Of a DNA stretch of 64,000 nt, positions 8,514-18,536 are shown piece by piece. Both the position numbers and the translations under genes were made by a program. A model generated the notes under the pieces. The model saw only the letters and a list, made by a program, of their open reading frames with translations, had not been told where the DNA came from and did no database searches. How positions within the stretch are numbered: the stretch's first letter is position 1; every line of letters begins with the position of its first letter. Origin of the DNA: Candidatus Sericytochromatia bacterium (GTDB lineage: Bacteria > Cyanobacteriota > Sericytochromatia > UBA7694); NCBI GenBank assembly GCA_018780035.1, contig JADMKE010000003.1:18753-82752 (forward strand), written 5' to 3'.

Positions 8514-9566
8514 ATGAAACCCCAGCCACGAAATTCTGTCGGAGTACATACCAAAAATGCCCAATTTGCAGGCTTTTCTTGGGCTTATCCCCGCAATATT
8601 CGTGCAGAAATTGTCATTTATACAGGGCTGACGGGGTATCTTGAAGCCCTAACAGATCCGTCTTATCAGGGGCAAATTCTGGTGTTTACCTCTCCCCAAG
8701 TGGGCAATTATCTGCCTGATTTGACCCGGATGCAGTCCCCCCGGATTCAAGTCGCCGGTCTGGTGGTCAGGGCCTATAGCCCGCCTCCAGAGCGCCCAAA
8801 CCAAGTCACTTTGGCCCAGCTTTTGCACACAGCCCAGATCCCGGCCCTGATGGGGGTCGACACCCGCAGTTTGACTTTGGCGCTGCGCCAAGACACCCAA
8901 ACCAGGCGCGAAGTCGCGCTGATCACCGCGCCGGGAGCGCCGATTGAAAATCCCGCCTTGCCCCATCCCGCTCAGGTCGCAATTCGGGCCCCGTATTTGC
9001 ACAAGGGTGGCGAAAAAACAGTGGTCTTGGTGGATTGTGGCGTCAAAAAACAGCTTTTAGACCTGCTGCTGCAGGCAGGTTTAAGTGTTTGGCAGGTTCC
9101 CTGGGACTATGATTGGCGGGATTTGCCCCATCAGGGCCTGTTGCTTTCAAATGGCCCAGGCAATCCCGCTGAGTGTGAAACCACAATTTCGATTTTAAAA
9201 GCCGCTCTCAATCCGCAGATCCCTGTTTTGGGCATTTGTCTGGGGGCACAATTGCTCGGCCATGCGGTGGGAGCAAGCACCGCTCCCCTGCCTTTTGGCC
9301 ACCGGGGGGCCAATCATCCCTGCCGCGATCGTTTGAGTGGGGCCTGTTATATCACCGCCATGAATCATGGCTATGCGCTTGTTTCGGAGAGTTTGCCCCC
9401 GGAATGGCATCTTTGGTTTGAACATCTCCACGATGGCAGTTGTGCAGGCCTGAAACACCGTGTATTTCCTTGGCGGGGGGTGCAATTTCACCCGGAGGGC
9501 TGCCCTGGCCCCACAGACACGGCATTTATCCTTGAGGATTTTCTGAGCGAGGTTCTCGATGCCTGA
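8514..9566 (+). CDS. carA: Carbamoyl-phosphate synthase small (glutaminase) subunit
   Basis: CarA N-terminal domain plus class-I glutamine amidotransferase motifs (GICLGAQLL, GHRGANHP). Confidence 0.9.
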   Translation: MKPQPRNSVGVHTKNAQFAGFSWAYPRNIRAEIVIYTGLTGYLEALTDPSYQGQILVFTSPQVGNYLPDLTRMQSPRIQVAGLVVRAYSPPPERPNQVTLAQLLHTAQIPALMGVDTRSLTLALRQDTQTRREVALITAPGAPIENPALPHPAQVAIRAPYLHKGGEKTVVLVDCGVKKQLLDLLLQAGLSVWQVPWDYDWRDLPHQGLLLSNGPGNPAECETTISILKAALNPQIPVLGICLGAQLLGHAVGASTAPLPFGHRGANHPCRDRLSGACYITAMNHGYALVSESLPPEWHLWFEHLHDGSCAGLKHRVFPWRGVQFHPEGCPGPTDTAFILEDFLSEVLDA

Positions 9567-12237
9567 ATCCGTTTTGGTGCTGGGCTCGGGGCCGATTCAA
9601 ATTGGCCAAGCAGGGGAGTTTGACTATGCCGGGGCCCAGGCCCTCAAAGCGCTCAAAGAAAAGGGGTTCCGCACCCTTTTGTTAAATTCGAATCTGGCCA
9701 GTGCCCAGACGCTGGGGGTCTTTGCCGATCGCGTGTTTGCCCTGCCACTCTCACCCGCCTCGGTAGAAACTATTCTGGCAAGTGAAACCCCAATCGGGGT
9801 TTTGGCGGGATTTGGCGGCCAATCGGCCCTCAATTTGGCCTTGGAACTCGATCAAGCAGGGCTGTTAAAGCGCTTGCCCCTGCTCGGCACCGCTCTGGAG
9901 ACCCTGATGATCTGTGAAGATCGCTTGAAGTTTTTTAGATTTTGTCAGAATCTGGGTTTGCCAGTTCCCAAGACCTATGTTTTGTCGGATCTCTCGGCCT
10001 TTAATACTGAATTAAACGCAACAGACGTCTTTCCCTTGCTGCAGCGCAAAAGTTTTGCCTTGGGGGGCCAAGGCGCGGTCTTTTATCCCAACTTGGCGGC
10101 ATTGTGGGCAGATCCCGGCCTCAAAGATCGTTTGAACCCCGCAGCACTTTTAAACGCGCCACTTCTGCTCGAAGAAGATCTCAGGGGCTGGCAAGAAATC
10201 GAGTTTGAAGTTTTGGCAGATGCTGCGGGCAATCAATTGGTGGTCTGTGCCACTGAAAACATTGACCCAATGGGCATCCACACGGGGGACAGCTATGTGG
10301 TCACGCCGCCGATGACATTGAGTGATACCAGCTATTTTGAGCTGCGGGCGGCAGCCTTGAAATTGGTCTCCGCCCTGAAATTGGTCGGGGAATGCAATGT
10401 GCAATTTGCTTACCATCCCAAATGCGGCGACTACCGCCTGATCGAATTGAACCCCCGTTTGAGCCGCAGTTCTGCGCTGGCCTCCAAAGCCACGGGTTAT
10501 CCGATCGCCTATGTGGCCACCCAATTGGCCTTGGGTGCGCTTTTGCCAGACATCGCCCATCCGCTAACGGGGGGCACCTCCTGTTTCTTTGAACCGGCCC
10601 TGGACTATGTTGTGGTCAAAGCTCCCCGGTGGCAATTTGACAAATTTCCGGGGGCCGATCGGCATTTGGGGCCCGAGATGAAATCCATCGGTGAAAACAT
10701 GGGGATCGGGGAAGATTTTGCTTCTGCCTTTGCCAAAGCCTGGGCCATGACTCAAACATTGCCCCTGCCCCATTGGTCAAACAGCGCTTTGCGGCAAGAA
10801 TTGGCCTGTCCCACAGATTTGCGCATGTCGGCCCTGTTTTCGGCATTCGAACAGGGCCTGGATTTGGCTGAAATTGAGGCCTTAACAGGGTTCTCTGGCT
10901 GGTTTTTGCAGGCCTTTAAAGATCTGGCACCCTCGCTCAAAACGGGCCGACTTGGTTTTTGGGGCTTTCGCCAAATCGACACCTTGGCGGGCGAGTTTCA
11001 GGCCCAAACGGCTTATCTCTACGGTGGCCAAGCCCTTGAATACACCTTCGGGCCAGGGCCCTGGGTCTTGATTCTGGGCAGTGGGCCCTATGGGATTGGC
11101 AGCTCGGTTGAATTCGACTTTTGCTGTGTCAGCGCGATTTATGCCTTGCAAGCGGCGGGGTACAAGGTGGCTTTGCTGAATTCAAATCCAGAAACCCTGA
11201 GTACAGATTGTGATGTGGCGGATGCCTTGATCTTTGAGCCGCTGCTGCCTGAAAGCCTGAATGCGGTGGTGGCTGCACTCAGACCCGTGGGGATCTTGGC
11301 TTCGCTGGGGGGGCAAACACCCCAGAATTTATTGCAGGTCTTGCCCCGGCATTGGCCTTTTTGGGGCCCGCCGCTAGACCAGATTTTAAAAGCTGAAAAT
11401 CGCCTGGCATTTGCCCTGGCCCTGGATCAATTGCAGATCCCCCAGGCCCCTTGGGCCAAAGTGACATCTTTGGCTGACGCTTTGGCGTTTGGCCAAAAGG
11501 TCGGATACCCACTGATCTACCGTCCCGCGTTTGTCTTGGGGGGCGGGGGTATGCAAGTGATTAAAAATGCCCAAGCATTAGAAAAATGGGGCGATTTATT
11601 GCAGCTCCAGGGGCCTTTGCCCCGTACAGAGGGGGCCTTGCTGAACCGCTTTTTGGCGGAGGCCCAAGAGTTTGAACTCGATGGCATCGCCCGTTTGGGG
11701 CATTTGGAATATTATCTGTTTTCAGAAAATATTGAACCCTCAGGCATTCATTCCGGGGATTCTCACCATGTCTTCCCGGCCCAAAGCCTGTCCCCTGAGG
11801 TGCGCGCCCAGGCTTTGACTTATGCAATAACTTTGGCACAATCGTTTGAACTTCACGGTTTGTTTAATCTCCAGTTTTTTTACCATCAAGGTGCGGTTTT
11901 GCTGGTCGAAGCCAATTTGCGCGCTTCCCGCAATCTGCCTTTTTTGAGCCATGTTTCGGGCCAGAACCTGGTCAGTTTGGCGATTGAGCGCCTGCTTTCA
12001 GACGCCCCCTTGGCAGAAGCCCCTGTCGAAATCAGCGCAGATCAGGTTGGAATCCGTGTGCCGACGTTTTCTTGGGAGCGCATGTGCGGGGCCAAACGAG
12101 AATTGGGGGTGGAAATGAAGGCCACTGGCGAGTTTTGTCTGCTGGCGGACAGCTTTGAAAACGTGCTTCAGCTGTGTTATACTTTGCCAGATTTTTGTGC
12201 CTTCACACCGTCTTGGCGCCTCTCCAAAGGAGAATGA
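9559..12237 (+). CDS. carB: Carbamoyl-phosphate synthase large subunit, compact 892 aa form lacking the C-terminal MGS-like allosteric domain
   Basis: MPESVLVLGSGPIQIGQAGEFDYAG start. Two ATP-grasp halves, the second starting near WVLILGSGPYGIGSSVEFDF. The protein ends right after the second synthetase half. Overlaps carA by 8 nt. Confidence 0.85.
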   Translation: MPESVLVLGSGPIQIGQAGEFDYAGAQALKALKEKGFRTLLLNSNLASAQTLGVFADRVFALPLSPASVETILASETPIGVLAGFGGQSALNLALELDQAGLLKRLPLLGTALETLMICEDRLKFFRFCQNLGLPVPKTYVLSDLSAFNTELNATDVFPLLQRKSFALGGQGAVFYPNLAALWADPGLKDRLNPAALLNAPLLLEEDLRGWQEIEFEVLADAAGNQLVVCATENIDPMGIHTGDSYVVTPPMTLSDTSYFELRAAALKLVSALKLVGECNVQFAYHPKCGDYRLIELNPRLSRSSALASKATGYPIAYVATQLALGALLPDIAHPLTGGTSCFFEPALDYVVVKAPRWQFDKFPGADRHLGPEMKSIGENMGIGEDFASAFAKAWAMTQTLPLPHWSNSALRQELACPTDLRMSALFSAFEQGLDLAEIEALTGFSGWFLQAFKDLAPSLKTGRLGFWGFRQIDTLAGEFQAQTAYLYGGQALEYTFGPGPWVLILGSGPYGIGSSVEFDFCCVSAIYALQAAGYKVALLNSNPETLSTDCDVADALIFEPLLPESLNAVVAALRPVGILASLGGQTPQNLLQVLPRHWPFWGPPLDQILKAENRLAFALALDQLQIPQAPWAKVTSLADALAFGQKVGYPLIYRPAFVLGGGGMQVIKNAQALEKWGDLLQLQGPLPRTEGALLNRFLAEAQEFELDGIARLGHLEYYLFSENIEPSGIHSGDSHHVFPAQSLSPEVRAQALTYAITLAQSFELHGLFNLQFFYHQGAVLLVEANLRASRNLPFLSHVSGQNLVSLAIERLLSDAPLAEAPVEISADQVGIRVPTFSWERMCGAKRELGVEMKATGEFCLLADSFENVLQLCYTLPDFCAFTPSWRLSKGE

Positions 12238-14384
12238 GTTCAAACGTGGATTTTGAGCCCCCCCACAGCGATGATTGGATTGAATTGACCCAGTTGGAAG
12301 ACCTCCTGCCGCCAGCCAGTGTGGCGGACCCCGCGTCCCCACTTTTGCCGCCGGCCCCCGAGCGTTATACCTTTATGGGCACCGTCGGCAAAGGCGCCAT
12401 GGGTGAGGTTTTGCTGGCCCAAGATGTGCATTTGCGTCGCAAAGTGGCCTACAAAAAAATCCTGCCGCAGATGGCTGTCAGTCAGCAGGTGTTGAGCCGC
12501 TTTTTTGCCGAAGCGCAAATCACCGCCCAACTCGACCATCCGGCCATTATTCCGGTTTACAACCTGGAAGTCAGTCCCGAAGGCCAAATCGCCTATTCGA
12601 TGAAGCTGATTCAGGGCAAAACCCTCAAAGAGCTGATCAGCGAAGCCCGCGAGCAATACCAGGCCGGACAAAAGCCCGATCCCCAGCACAGTCTCGATGC
12701 CCTGCTCAGGCATTTCCTCAAAGTCTGTGATGCCCTCTATTTTGCCCATATCAAAGGGGTGATTCACCGCGATCTCAAACCCGCCAATATCATGGTGGGC
12801 ATGTACCACGAGGTCTATGTGATGGACTGGGGCATTGCCCGAATTATGGGTGGGGCCGAAGCCCGGATCGATGACGAGGTGGTCAGGTTGATTCATCCCG
12901 ATGCCGATGCGCCCCCGCTCGAACGCACCCAAATGGGCCAAATCATGGGCACACCGCGTTATCTTTCACCTGAGCAGGCTGCCGGGAAAAACGATTTGCT
13001 CGATGGCCGCAGCGATCTCTTTGCCCTGGGCCTGATCCTGTTTGAATTGGTGACGCTCAAACCGGCGTTTACAGCCAAGACCCAGATCGAACTCCTCAAA
13101 AAAATCCTCAAAGCCGAAAAAGAGCCGCTGGAACACAGCCAAGCGGGTGTCAAAATTGCCAAAGAATTAGAGGCGATTATTCACAAAGCCACCGCCCGGC
13201 GCAAAGAGCACCGTTATGCTGATGTGGCCGAATTGGCCGAAGATCTGCGCCGCTATTTGCGGGGCGAAGCGGTGCTTGCGCGCCCGGATCGTTTTTGGCA
13301 AAAGACCCGCCGTCAGATGATGCGACACCGGCAGGCCACGCTGTTGGGGCTGTCTCTGTTGGTTTTTCTCTCGCTCAGTGGTGCAGCAGGGTTATTGGCC
13401 TTGCGCAGCCAGGCCATGTTGGCGGCACGGGCCCACGAACAGCGTCTGGGGGACTTTCTCGAAACCGTGGCAGAGCGCAGCCGTTTGCTCGACCGGCAGT
13501 TTTTTCTGACGGAGATGGCGCTGGAAAGTCTGGCGGCGATTGTGACCGAGGCCCTGTTTCAGGGGGAACGCAGTGATCAACGCCTGTATCTGGACGGAGA
13601 TTATGCCCAAGTGCCTCCCCCAGATTTTGGCTTTGCGCCCCGCTATGGCAAAGCGATCAGCACGGCCTGGCCGGTGTTTAAATTGGCCCCTGGCAGTGAT
13701 TTAAACGCCCTGCGTGGGAAAATGCAGAAACTCAATCGCCTGCATTTGGATCTGGGCCGCCTCTTTTTGCGCGGGCAATTGGGCAATTTGCCTGTGCCGC
13801 CACCTGCGCAATTGCGCCAGAAGATTGTGAACGGGGAAGGCACCCTCTTGCGTTGGGTCTTTGCGGGGCTCAAAGAGGGCCTGATGTTTGCCTATCCCGG
13901 CAAAGGGGGCTATCCCGCTGATTACGATCCCAGGCAACGCCCCTGGTACAAACAAAGTGCTCAGACCCGGGGGTTGCACTGGCAAAAACCCTATTTGGAT
14001 GTGCAGGGCCAAGGCCTGATGTTGACCTGCACCCGTGCACTGTATGACTATAACGAGCGCTTTTTGGGCGTCGCAGGGGCAGAAATTGCCCTCAAAGACA
14101 TTCTCAAATTATTGCCCCTGCCCGATGCCCGCGCCCGCAAGGTCTATTTGCTGAATCAGGCCATGCAGGTGGTTGCCGAACAGAGCACAGGCCAAGCGGC
14201 CAAGACCATGGGCGCGGCGGGCCAACGTTTGGCTTTTCCCTGGCCCGAAGCCCTGCCCGCTTTGCGTGCCCGCGACAGTGGCTTTGTTAACCAGGGCCAA
14301 ACGCTGTTGGTCTTTTACCGCCTGGATATTCTCGGTTGGACCTATGTGGTCGAAGCCGATCAGGCTTTGGAGCTGCAGCCATGA
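12234..14384 (+). CDS. Receptor Ser/Thr protein kinase with periplasmic Cache-like sensor domain
   Basis: Start at MSSNV (AGGAG Shine-Dalgarno, ATGA overlap with carB). Gly loop GKGAMGEV, VAYK lysine, HRDLKPANIM catalytic loop, DWG in place of DFG, SPE motif. A TM helix (LLGLSLLVFLSLSGAAGLLAL) follows. The C-terminal extracytoplasmic domain carries a Cache signature (PWYKQS...W.KPYLDVQGQGLMLTCTRALYD...FLGVAGAEIAL). Confidence 0.8.
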   Translation: MSSNVDFEPPHSDDWIELTQLEDLLPPASVADPASPLLPPAPERYTFMGTVGKGAMGEVLLAQDVHLRRKVAYKKILPQMAVSQQVLSRFFAEAQITAQLDHPAIIPVYNLEVSPEGQIAYSMKLIQGKTLKELISEAREQYQAGQKPDPQHSLDALLRHFLKVCDALYFAHIKGVIHRDLKPANIMVGMYHEVYVMDWGIARIMGGAEARIDDEVVRLIHPDADAPPLERTQMGQIMGTPRYLSPEQAAGKNDLLDGRSDLFALGLILFELVTLKPAFTAKTQIELLKKILKAEKEPLEHSQAGVKIAKELEAIIHKATARRKEHRYADVAELAEDLRRYLRGEAVLARPDRFWQKTRRQMMRHRQATLLGLSLLVFLSLSGAAGLLALRSQAMLAARAHEQRLGDFLETVAERSRLLDRQFFLTEMALESLAAIVTEALFQGERSDQRLYLDGDYAQVPPPDFGFAPRYGKAISTAWPVFKLAPGSDLNALRGKMQKLNRLHLDLGRLFLRGQLGNLPVPPPAQLRQKIVNGEGTLLRWVFAGLKEGLMFAYPGKGGYPADYDPRQRPWYKQSAQTRGLHWQKPYLDVQGQGLMLTCTRALYDYNERFLGVAGAEIALKDILKLLPLPDARARKVYLLNQAMQVVAEQSTGQAAKTMGAAGQRLAFPWPEALPALRARDSGFVNQGQTLLVFYRLDILGWTYVVEADQALELQP

Positions 14385-16489
14385 GTTCCGAACAGATCTC
14401 CCCGCCCGATGAAATGGAAGAATTATTGCAGACGATCACGGCTGATTATAAACTCAGCTCAGAGCAACTCAGCACCCCGGGGCGTCAGTTTTACGCCCTG
14501 ATCGCACATTTGGCAGCCGGTGAAATGGGCCAGATAGATTTGGTCAAAGAGAGCGCCTTGCAGCGCAAAGTGGCGATGAAAATGGTGCGTCAGCAAGAAA
14601 AACCGGCCCGCATTCGGCGTTTTTTGTTGGAGGCACAAATCACCGCCCAACTCGACCATCCCCACATTGTGCCCGTTTACAGCCTCGAAAACACCCAAGC
14701 CGGTCTGGCCTATACCATGAAACGGGTCCAGGGACAGACCTTCCGAGAGCTGATCGATGCTTCACAATCGCAGGCCATGCCCGTGATGCCTTTGACCCAG
14801 CGTTTGGAAGTCTTTTTGGCTGTGTGTGATGCCCTGGAATATGCCCACAGCCGGGGCGTGATTCACCGCGAATTGGAGCCCAATAACCTGATGATCGGCC
14901 ATTTTCATGAGGTCTATGTGATGGATTGGGGCTTGGCCCGTGTTTTGCCTGACTCACCTTTAGAAGTGCGCATTCCGCCAGAATTGGCGCAAGATCATGA
15001 GGAAGACAGTCCGCTTGAAGGCAATCTCTGCTATTTTTCGCCCGAACAGGCCAAAGGACAATGGGCCGAACTGGATCAGCGCAGCGATCTCTATGTCCTC
15101 GGCCTGATCCTCTACGAATGGATTTGTCTGCGCCCCGCCCGCACGGGTGATTCTTACCTGGCGCTTTTGCAAATGGCTGAACAGGGCTGGGTCAACCCGC
15201 CCGCTTTGCCAGGCGCACAAAAACTCCCGAGTGAGCTGACTGCGATTTTGCACAAAGCCACGGCTTTGAAACCTGAGCAGCGCTACGCCAGTGCCAGCGC
15301 ATTGGCCGATGACCTGCGCCGCTATCTCAAGGGAGAGAGTGTCTCCGCCCAACGGGACACCCTGTTGCAGAGCACAAGTCGGTTGCTCGTCAGGCACCAG
15401 TTGTTGGCCCTCGGCACGGTCTTGACCTTGGTTCTGCTCTGCTCTCTGCTTGGGCTCTGGAGTCTTTGGAGCCAACAGCGTGAATTGGCGCGTTTGCGTG
15501 CCCGCGAGCAGGCCCTCAATCGCTATTTGGGTGCGGTTTACGCCCAAAGCCGCCTCATGAACCGCCAATTTCTCAAAGCCGAAATGCAACTCGAAGCGCT
15601 GTCTGCGGTGGCGGTCTCCCATCTGACCCAGCAAAATCCGGTCAGGGATCGCTATTATTTGCACAAAAAATTTAACCCCCCCGATCAAGTGGCCTCCCAG
15701 CAATACCACAGTCAGCTCAGTGTCAATTGGCCTCTTTCAGTCAAAACCTGGTCTTTGCCTGAATCTCAAGTGGCAAAAGAATTGGGCAGCTTGTCCAGTT
15801 TGCGCCATTTTCAAAAACGCCTCTTGATCGAGAGCAAAACCCCCGAACGCCTCAGCCCTTTGGAGAAACAAACCCTGATTGCCCAAAGTGGCACCCCTGT
15901 GAGTTATGCCACTTTGGTGCTCAAACAAGGTGCGGGGGCCTGGCTGCCGGGGGGCGATTTTGAGAGCCAAAACTACGATCCGGTGATCCGGCCCTTTTAC
16001 AAATTTGGGGCCTACCAACACGCCCGGCGCTGGGGCAATCCGTATATCGACGTCAGTGGGGCTGGCTTGCTCTTGATTGCTGCCACAGGTCTCTTTGATC
16101 ACCAGAACCAGTTTTTGGGCACCGCCAGCCTGGATGTTAAATTTGACACGATCATTCAGACCATGTTGGCCCTGCCACCGGCGTTGCGCACCTTAAAAGG
16201 GGGCTATTTATTGGACGATCAGGGCCGGATTGCGATTCGCTCGAATCAAAAGGGCCAGCAGTTTTCAGCCACCATTCACCCCGATTTAAAATTGCCCGAC
16301 TACCCCCACCCGGCTGTGGTGAAAGCGATCAAGGCCCAACAATCGGGTCACCAGATTTTGCCCGGCAAACAGCCGCTTTTGGTTGCCTATTACCGCATTC
16401 CCGCTTTGGGTTGGTATTATTTGGTCGAAAGCGATTTGGAAAAGGCCCTGTTAAATGAATTTACTCAGCAAAAAAATGAATTTAATTAA
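14381..16489 (+). CDS. Paralogous receptor Ser/Thr kinase-like protein with Cache-like sensor. Predicted pseudokinase (HRD to HRE, Lys to Glu in the catalytic loop, degenerate Gly loop)
   Basis: Same MSS start and ATGA coupling as its upstream neighbour. VAMK lysine kept, but the catalytic loop reads HRELEPNNLM and the Gly loop is AAGEMGQ. DWG motif. TM helix (LALGTVLTLVLLCSLLGL) and a C-terminal Cache signature (RPFYKFG...W.NPYIDVSGAGLLLIAATGLFD...FLGTASLDVKF). Confidence 0.75.
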   Translation: MSSEQISPPDEMEELLQTITADYKLSSEQLSTPGRQFYALIAHLAAGEMGQIDLVKESALQRKVAMKMVRQQEKPARIRRFLLEAQITAQLDHPHIVPVYSLENTQAGLAYTMKRVQGQTFRELIDASQSQAMPVMPLTQRLEVFLAVCDALEYAHSRGVIHRELEPNNLMIGHFHEVYVMDWGLARVLPDSPLEVRIPPELAQDHEEDSPLEGNLCYFSPEQAKGQWAELDQRSDLYVLGLILYEWICLRPARTGDSYLALLQMAEQGWVNPPALPGAQKLPSELTAILHKATALKPEQRYASASALADDLRRYLKGESVSAQRDTLLQSTSRLLVRHQLLALGTVLTLVLLCSLLGLWSLWSQQRELARLRAREQALNRYLGAVYAQSRLMNRQFLKAEMQLEALSAVAVSHLTQQNPVRDRYYLHKKFNPPDQVASQQYHSQLSVNWPLSVKTWSLPESQVAKELGSLSSLRHFQKRLLIESKTPERLSPLEKQTLIAQSGTPVSYATLVLKQGAGAWLPGGDFESQNYDPVIRPFYKFGAYQHARRWGNPYIDVSGAGLLLIAATGLFDHQNQFLGTASLDVKFDTIIQTMLALPPALRTLKGGYLLDDQGRIAIRSNQKGQQFSATIHPDLKLPDYPHPAVVKAIKAQQSGHQILPGKQPLLVAYYRIPALGWYYLVESDLEKALLNEFTQQKNEFN

Positions 16490-16604
16490 TGTTTTACTTA
16501 TTTCAATCGGCCCTTGCCCTTATCTTGTTAGAATGGACTACCCATGGTGAGAGATAGAGAACGAATTAACCCCCCCTATTTTTTTCTAAACACCAAACCA
16601 ATAC

Positions 16605-18536
16605 TTGAATTTCCAGGATAAAATAGTGAAGAAAAAAGCATTTTCGAGTCATTTCCGCTACCATTTTGACAATTTGATGTCTAAAGGAACGCCAGCAATG
16701 ATTGGCTTGCTGTTTGCGTTTACGGCTGTTGTCTTGTTTGTGATTGCCACTGTGCTGATCAACTCTCCGGCAGTTCCGATCGAAAACAACAAACCCATGG
16801 GACTGGGCAAAGCCCTTTACATTATTTTGTTGCGCACCCTTGATCCGGGCACCATGGCCGGAGACGTTGGCCCCTGGTCCTTTTTGTTTACCATGTTGGG
16901 CGTCACGCTCTTTGGTCTTTTTGTTGTCAGTATCTTAATTGGTTTGATCACCAGTGGTATCGAGAGCAAATTGGACGAATTGCGCAAAGGGCGCTCAGGT
17001 GTGATTGAAAGCAATCACACGGTGATCTTGGGCTGGTCCTCCCAGGTGTTTACAATTATCTCCGAATTGATGGTGGCCAATGAAAATGCCAAAAAGCCCG
17101 TCATTGCCATTTTGGCCGAAAAAGACAAAGTTGAGATGGAAGATGAGATCCGCGATCGACTTGGTTCAACCGGCAAAACCCGTGTGATCTGCCGCAGTGG
17201 CAATCCGATTGAAATGAGCGATTTGCAAATCATCAATCCCCAAGAATCCCGTTCGATTGTGATTCTGGCCCCCGAAGACTCCGATGATCCCGACTCCCAC
17301 GTGATCAAAACCATTTTGGCTTTAACCAACCACCCCGAGCGCAGACCCGAACCCTACCATATTGTTGCCGAAATTCACTCGCCACAAAATCTGGATGTGG
17401 CCAAAATGGTGGGCGGAGACGAAGTCGAATTGGTGTTGGGCGAAGATCTGATTGCGAGAATCTCGGTTCAGACCTGCCGCCAATCGGGTCTGTCGGTGGT
17501 CTATACCGAATTATTGGACTTTGATGGCGACGAAATTTACTTTCAAACAGAACCCGGTTTGGTCGGCAAAACCTTTGCCGAAGCGATCATGTCTTACGAA
17601 GAGTCGGCCCTGATGGGGCTGCGCAAAGCCAATGGCGAAATTTTGATCAATCCCCCGCTCGAAAGCCTGATCGCCACCGGAGATAAAGTGATCGCCATTG
17701 CCCGTGACGATGATGCGGTGGTGCTGTCCAAGACCACCGATTACCAGATCGACGAAACTGCGATTCAATTGCGCGCTCCCGAGGCCAAAGTCCCTGAGAA
17801 AACCCTGATTCTGGGCTGGAACCAGCGGGGCTTTATTATCATGTCGGAACTCGACAATTATGTCAGCCCGAACTCAGAATTGACGATTGTGGCCGATGTA
17901 GAAGAATCTGTCGAAATGGCGATTCGGGCCCTCGGTGAAAAAATGACAAACCAAAGTCTGAGTTTTACCCAGGCAGATACCACCGATCGCCAAGTGCTGG
18001 AAAGCCTTCCGCTTGAAAGCTTTGCACATATTATTACCCTGAGTTATTCCGACACACTTGAAATTCAAGCTGCAGATGCCAAAACCCTGGTGACCCTGCT
18101 GCACCTCAGAGATATCTCCGAAAAAAGCCAGGTCGGCTTTTCGATTGTCAGCGAGATGTTGGATACCCGCAACCGCGAGCTGGCCTCGGTGACCCAGGCC
18201 GACGATTTTATTGTCAGCGATAAATTGATCAGTTTGATGCTCTCGCAGCTCTCAGAAAACAAAGAGCTGGGCCGGGTCTTTGACGATCTCTTTCAATCCG
18301 AGGGCTCCGAAATCTACCTCAAACCGATCGACGAATATATCCGCTTGGATCAGCCTGTCAATTTTTATACCCTGCTCAAAGCGGCCAGCCAGCGGGGAGA
18401 GTTGGCGATTGGCTACCGCCTGCAGGCCCACGCTCAGGATCGGGAAAATGGCTTTGGCGTCAAAGTCAATCCGAAAAAATCTGAGCGGATCCAATTTGGC
18501 CCCTTGGACAAATTGATCGTCTTGGCCGAAGATTAA
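16605..18536 (+). CDS. Castor/Pollux-like ion channel with two cytoplasmic RCK (TrkA-N-like) domains
   Basis: Conserved N-terminus (RYHFDNLMSKGT), two or three TM helices with a pore-like loop (GTMAGDVGPW), then two Rossmann-like regions (HTVILGWSSQV...; KTLILGWNQRG...). Start codon uncertain (TTG or GTG, no clear Shine-Dalgarno). Confidence 0.6.
   Translation: MNFQDKIVKKKAFSSHFRYHFDNLMSKGTPAMIGLLFAFTAVVLFVIATVLINSPAVPIENNKPMGLGKALYIILLRTLDPGTMAGDVGPWSFLFTMLGVTLFGLFVVSILIGLITSGIESKLDELRKGRSGVIESNHTVILGWSSQVFTIISELMVANENAKKPVIAILAEKDKVEMEDEIRDRLGSTGKTRVICRSGNPIEMSDLQIINPQESRSIVILAPEDSDDPDSHVIKTILALTNHPERRPEPYHIVAEIHSPQNLDVAKMVGGDEVELVLGEDLIARISVQTCRQSGLSVVYTELLDFDGDEIYFQTEPGLVGKTFAEAIMSYEESALMGLRKANGEILINPPLESLIATGDKVIAIARDDDAVVLSKTTDYQIDETAIQLRAPEAKVPEKTLILGWNQRGFIIMSELDNYVSPNSELTIVADVEESVEMAIRALGEKMTNQSLSFTQADTTDRQVLESLPLESFAHIITLSYSDTLEIQAADAKTLVTLLHLRDISEKSQVGFSIVSEMLDTRNRELASVTQADDFIVSDKLISLMLSQLSENKELGRVFDDLFQSEGSEIYLKPIDEYIRLDQPVNFYTLLKAASQRGELAIGYRLQAHAQDRENGFGVKVNPKKSERIQFGPLDKLIVLAED

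Noticed and set aside
12240-12941. 233 aa minus-strand ORF antisense to the first Ser/Thr kinase
   Set aside because: The sense strand encodes conserved kinase subdomains. The antisense product is Gly/His-rich nonsense.
14960-15709. 249 aa minus-strand ORF antisense to the pseudokinase gene
   Set aside because: Same reasoning as above: a shadow ORF within a coding region.
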